Assembly: GCA_965637545.1 (NCBI GenBank)
Contig: OZ281500.1
Location: 19,778,001-19,842,000, forward strand
Direction: 5' to 3'
DNA: 64,000 bases
DNA from: Phallusia mammillata
Lineage: Eukaryota
In this document: in pieces, positions 62,401-64,000 of the stretch
How the letters are laid out: every line of letters begins with the position of its first letter
Numbering within the stretch: the stretch's first letter is position 1
Notes under the pieces: model-generated
Told to the model about the DNA's origin: nothing
The model's input: the letters and a program-made list of their open reading frames with translations, nothing else
The model's database searches: none
Translations under genes and position numbers: made by a program

Positions 62401-64000
62401 CGGTCAACGGGATCTTGACCTTTTGCTTTTTCATGAATGGCAACCACTCTTTGTTGAGCAATTCCACTCTATAGGTTTTGGTGAAATATCCGAGATAGGA
62501 AACAAATGCTGCTGTAAGCAAAACGTCTCCACTGAGAGTCTGTTTTCGCACCAAAAGCGACTTCACTGAAGCCGACCAACGGATTTTTTCGCTTTCCAAA
62601 CCTCCCACCAATCTGTTGATAAAATGATTTTTCAGTATAATTCGTCAAGCCCAACAGTATAGAAATCTAAAGAATTAGGTGTATGTCGCATTAAAACACG
62701 TTTTTTTGACGTTTCAATTGAAACAACAAAGTATCGCACCTGAAGCACCGTAAAAAATCAAGTGCTTTACAAAAAGATTTTAAGAAGAAATAAAAACAGT
62801 ACAGACGAATCCGGTTAATTGCATAAGGTTTGTGAAACTGTAACATTACACGTTAATAGTCCGCTTAATTGCATATTTCCGCTTAAAAGACTGGCAATTC
62901 GGTTATGCGATTAACCGGACTTATATGTATCAAGCTTTTTGGTAATGATCGCATGTTTCATTGTTTTGTCTTGAGTAGGAAACGGATAATTTTAGTGTTA
63001 ACAACCCTGTGCATAAACTATAAAGCATGATAGCAAACGCTCGAAAATTTTGGAGGGGCAGTCTGTGTAATTGCATAGAGGTTTTCCAGCAAACTTATTC
63101 ACTTTGTTCCATTCATAAAACTCGCTATTTATAAAATTTGTTTATAAACCAGACGGGTACAAAGTGGTTTGTGGTACATGAGAAATTTGAGCATGTGTAA
63201 GTCTTGGTCATGTTTCTGGCTGTTACTCCCTGCCATATGCAGAAAACAGTCGTCAAGCAATACTCGTACAACCAAGACTTGCGTATGCTCAATTGCATGT
63301 AAGACTATAACACCACAGAAACTTGTGTGGTGACTAGCACTTCAGTTAGTAACCTGTTTGCAAGGGTGATCGTCTTTGCAGTCGTCGCCACCTCGTTACT
63401 ACATCTTATCTTTTCAGCAGTTGCTTCTTCAAAGTTTCCAGTCAATACGGCAAGCTCTTTGTCCAATTTGGCGATCTTTGCTCTGATTGTGGAGAGTTTA
63501 TGTTGTGCTGATGCCAGCTCGGCGTTAGCGGTTGCTAGTGCTTGCCTCTTTGGTTCGACGTCGCAGTAGACTTCATACCTGCGAAAAATTAGGAAAAAAC
63601 TTAAAATCAAAATCAAAAATTAGATCAGCATTTAGTTTCTTTGGGAAAGGTTTTAGACTAAGGCTAAAGTTTTTTCTTTTTTTTCGATTTGGGGGCTCAA
63701 AAAATTGAAGAAAAATCCGTTTTGGGTTTTGACCGGTTTCTGCCTCCTACCGAACCTCAAACCGGTTTAAACCAGATTTGAAAATCGACAATTTTGACCC
63801 GATTTTAGAAAAAAAAACTAAATTTAAACAGCAATGGCCTACCATTTGACAATATTGATGACCCATGCACTAAGACCGGCGGCTGCGTATGATTTAGTTC
63901 GGACTGTTTCGGGATTAAATTCGGGATCTTCCATATATTGCCGTGTAGCACGCAGACAGTTGTCGTGGATGTGTTCCTTGTCGTAGTTGATCAGAGATTC
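50413..64000 (-). CDS. DNAH11: Axonemal outer-arm dynein beta-type heavy chain, C-terminal ~1264 aa (MTBD/stalk, AAA5, AAA6, C-terminal domain); the 5' part lies outside the window
   Basis: 23 phase-consistent GT-AG exons: 64000-63843, 63578-63354, 62612-62398, 62025-61877, 61649-61550, 61170-61035, 60824-60668, 60214-60056, 59152-59006, 58594-58436, 57847-57731, 57319-57108, 56574-56426, 55920-55777, 55541-55330, 54849-54745, 54349-54263, 54182-54063, 53367-52976, 52175-52026, 51577-51454, 51215-51062, 50636-50413. Motifs [31 protein letters not shown]; C-terminus [13 protein letters not shown]. The DNAH9/11/17 group is secure. The DNAH11 label is my recollection-based best match ([21 protein letters not shown]) and needs a tree. 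Confidence 0.93.
50755..50855 (+). ncRNA. Candidate minimal type I hammerhead ribozyme in a Penelope-like terminus
   Basis: TCA-CTGATGA-T-GGTA-GGGCATT-TGCC-GAAA-CGTT-TGA, followed by AATAAA and the dispersed tail gcatgtcgctttttacgtc. Confidence 0.5.
51796..51990. mobile_element. Near-fully palindromic MITE of the 9-bp-TSD family
   Basis: Left TIR ggtagagctactaacac; arms pair for about 85 bp around a small centre; TSD aaagtgatt/aaagtggtt. Confidence 0.85.
52237..52440 (-). mobile_element. TTAA-family TIR end joined to the 3' half of a tRNA-like cassette
   Basis: TTAA|GGTGAACATAAATTCGTAACTGGGATCAGC... continues on + into agaaaaatctatcctgcggtgggatttgaacccac (B-box region on -). Confidence 0.7.
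52483..52813. mobile_element. hAT MITE (CAGGGGTG...CACCCCTG)
   Basis: TIRs; TSD gttttaac/gtttaaac; internal ggcccgcgggcc motif typical of Charlie/MER-type ends. Confidence 0.85.
53374..53438. repeat. Three 21-22-bp tandem units directly upstream of a dynein splice acceptor
   Basis: gtgaaaaa(a)taatataccggaa x3, 5 nt from the AG of exon 53367-52976. Confidence 0.85.
55090..55278. mobile_element. Third member of the GGTAGAGC(T/C)ACTAACA TIR family
   Basis: TIRs ggtagagccactaaca / tgttagtagctctacc; shares internal gataggtggcgtaaagag-like sequence with 37500-37780; TSD not preserved. Confidence 0.75.
59495..59823. mobile_element. hAT (Charlie-like) MITE
   Basis: TIRs CAGTGGTTCCCAACC / GGTTGGGAACCACTG; perfect 8-bp TSD GTTTAAAC; lies just after a Penelope-like tail fragment (59428-59479). 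Confidence 0.9.
60240..60505 (+). mobile_element. Penelope-like retroelement fragment: GIY-YIG endonuclease C-terminus plus an inverted terminus
   Basis: 60314-60505 encodes [47 protein letters not shown], matching the typical PLE pattern SAL..H....GH.IDW....ILA.E.....R...ES..I. Upstream on -, GGCCGAAACGTCGGAATAAA is a PLE-type terminus. Confidence 0.8.
61222..61504. mobile_element. Older hAT MITE
   Basis: caggggttattaacc ... ggttaagaaccactg; TSD ctttaaat/cttcaatt (6 of 8). Confidence 0.65.
61745..61864 (+). mobile_element. tRNA-like cassette with conserved 5' flank (same family as 30995-31195)
   Basis: GTTTGCG-TTGCTCAGTTGGTAAAGCG...GTGGGTTCGAATCCTAC-CGCGGGT-TAGATTTTT. Upstream tgtgattcaactttcgac matches tgtgatccgactatcgac of the 31 kb copy. 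Confidence 0.7.
62802..62927. mobile_element. 126-bp TA-flanked Tc1/mariner-type MITE
   Basis: TA|CAGACGAATCCGGTTAATTGCATAA ... TTATGCGATTAACCGGACTTATATG|TA. Confidence 0.75.

Overview
Eukaryotic, AT-rich, intron-rich window. Intron sizes, MITE content and mosaic CpG depletion suggest an ascidian or similar invertebrate chordate; this is inference only. Left to right: (1) about 17 kb of CpG-rich non-coding DNA; (2) an 8-exon vasorin-like gene on + (signal peptide, LRRNT, 10 LRR, LRRCT, EGF, FN3, TM; 906 aa) with an unusually long cytoplasmic tail of about 299 aa; (3) a convergent, 3'-truncated, apparently decaying coronin-7-like gene; (4) three intact 9-exon class A peptide-type GPCR genes on - with non-canonical DRY motifs. 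Two of them come from a tandem duplication (about 28.78-35.45 kb and 35.45-44.23 kb) whose junction left a dead coronin-exon-1/GPCR-exon-8 chimera; (5) the last 23 exons of an outer-arm dynein beta-type heavy chain (DNAH9/11/17 group) on -. Introns right of 25 kb carry many non-autonomous elements: hAT MITEs with 8-bp TSDs, a 9-bp-TSD (Mutator-like) family, TA-flanked MITEs and Penelope-like remnants. The most unusual items are a TTAA-flanked DNA element family that appears to carry a whole tRNA-like Pol III unit internally, and a candidate minimal hammerhead ribozyme in a Penelope-like terminus. All gene models were assembled by hand from splice signals and reading-frame phase; no database searches were run.
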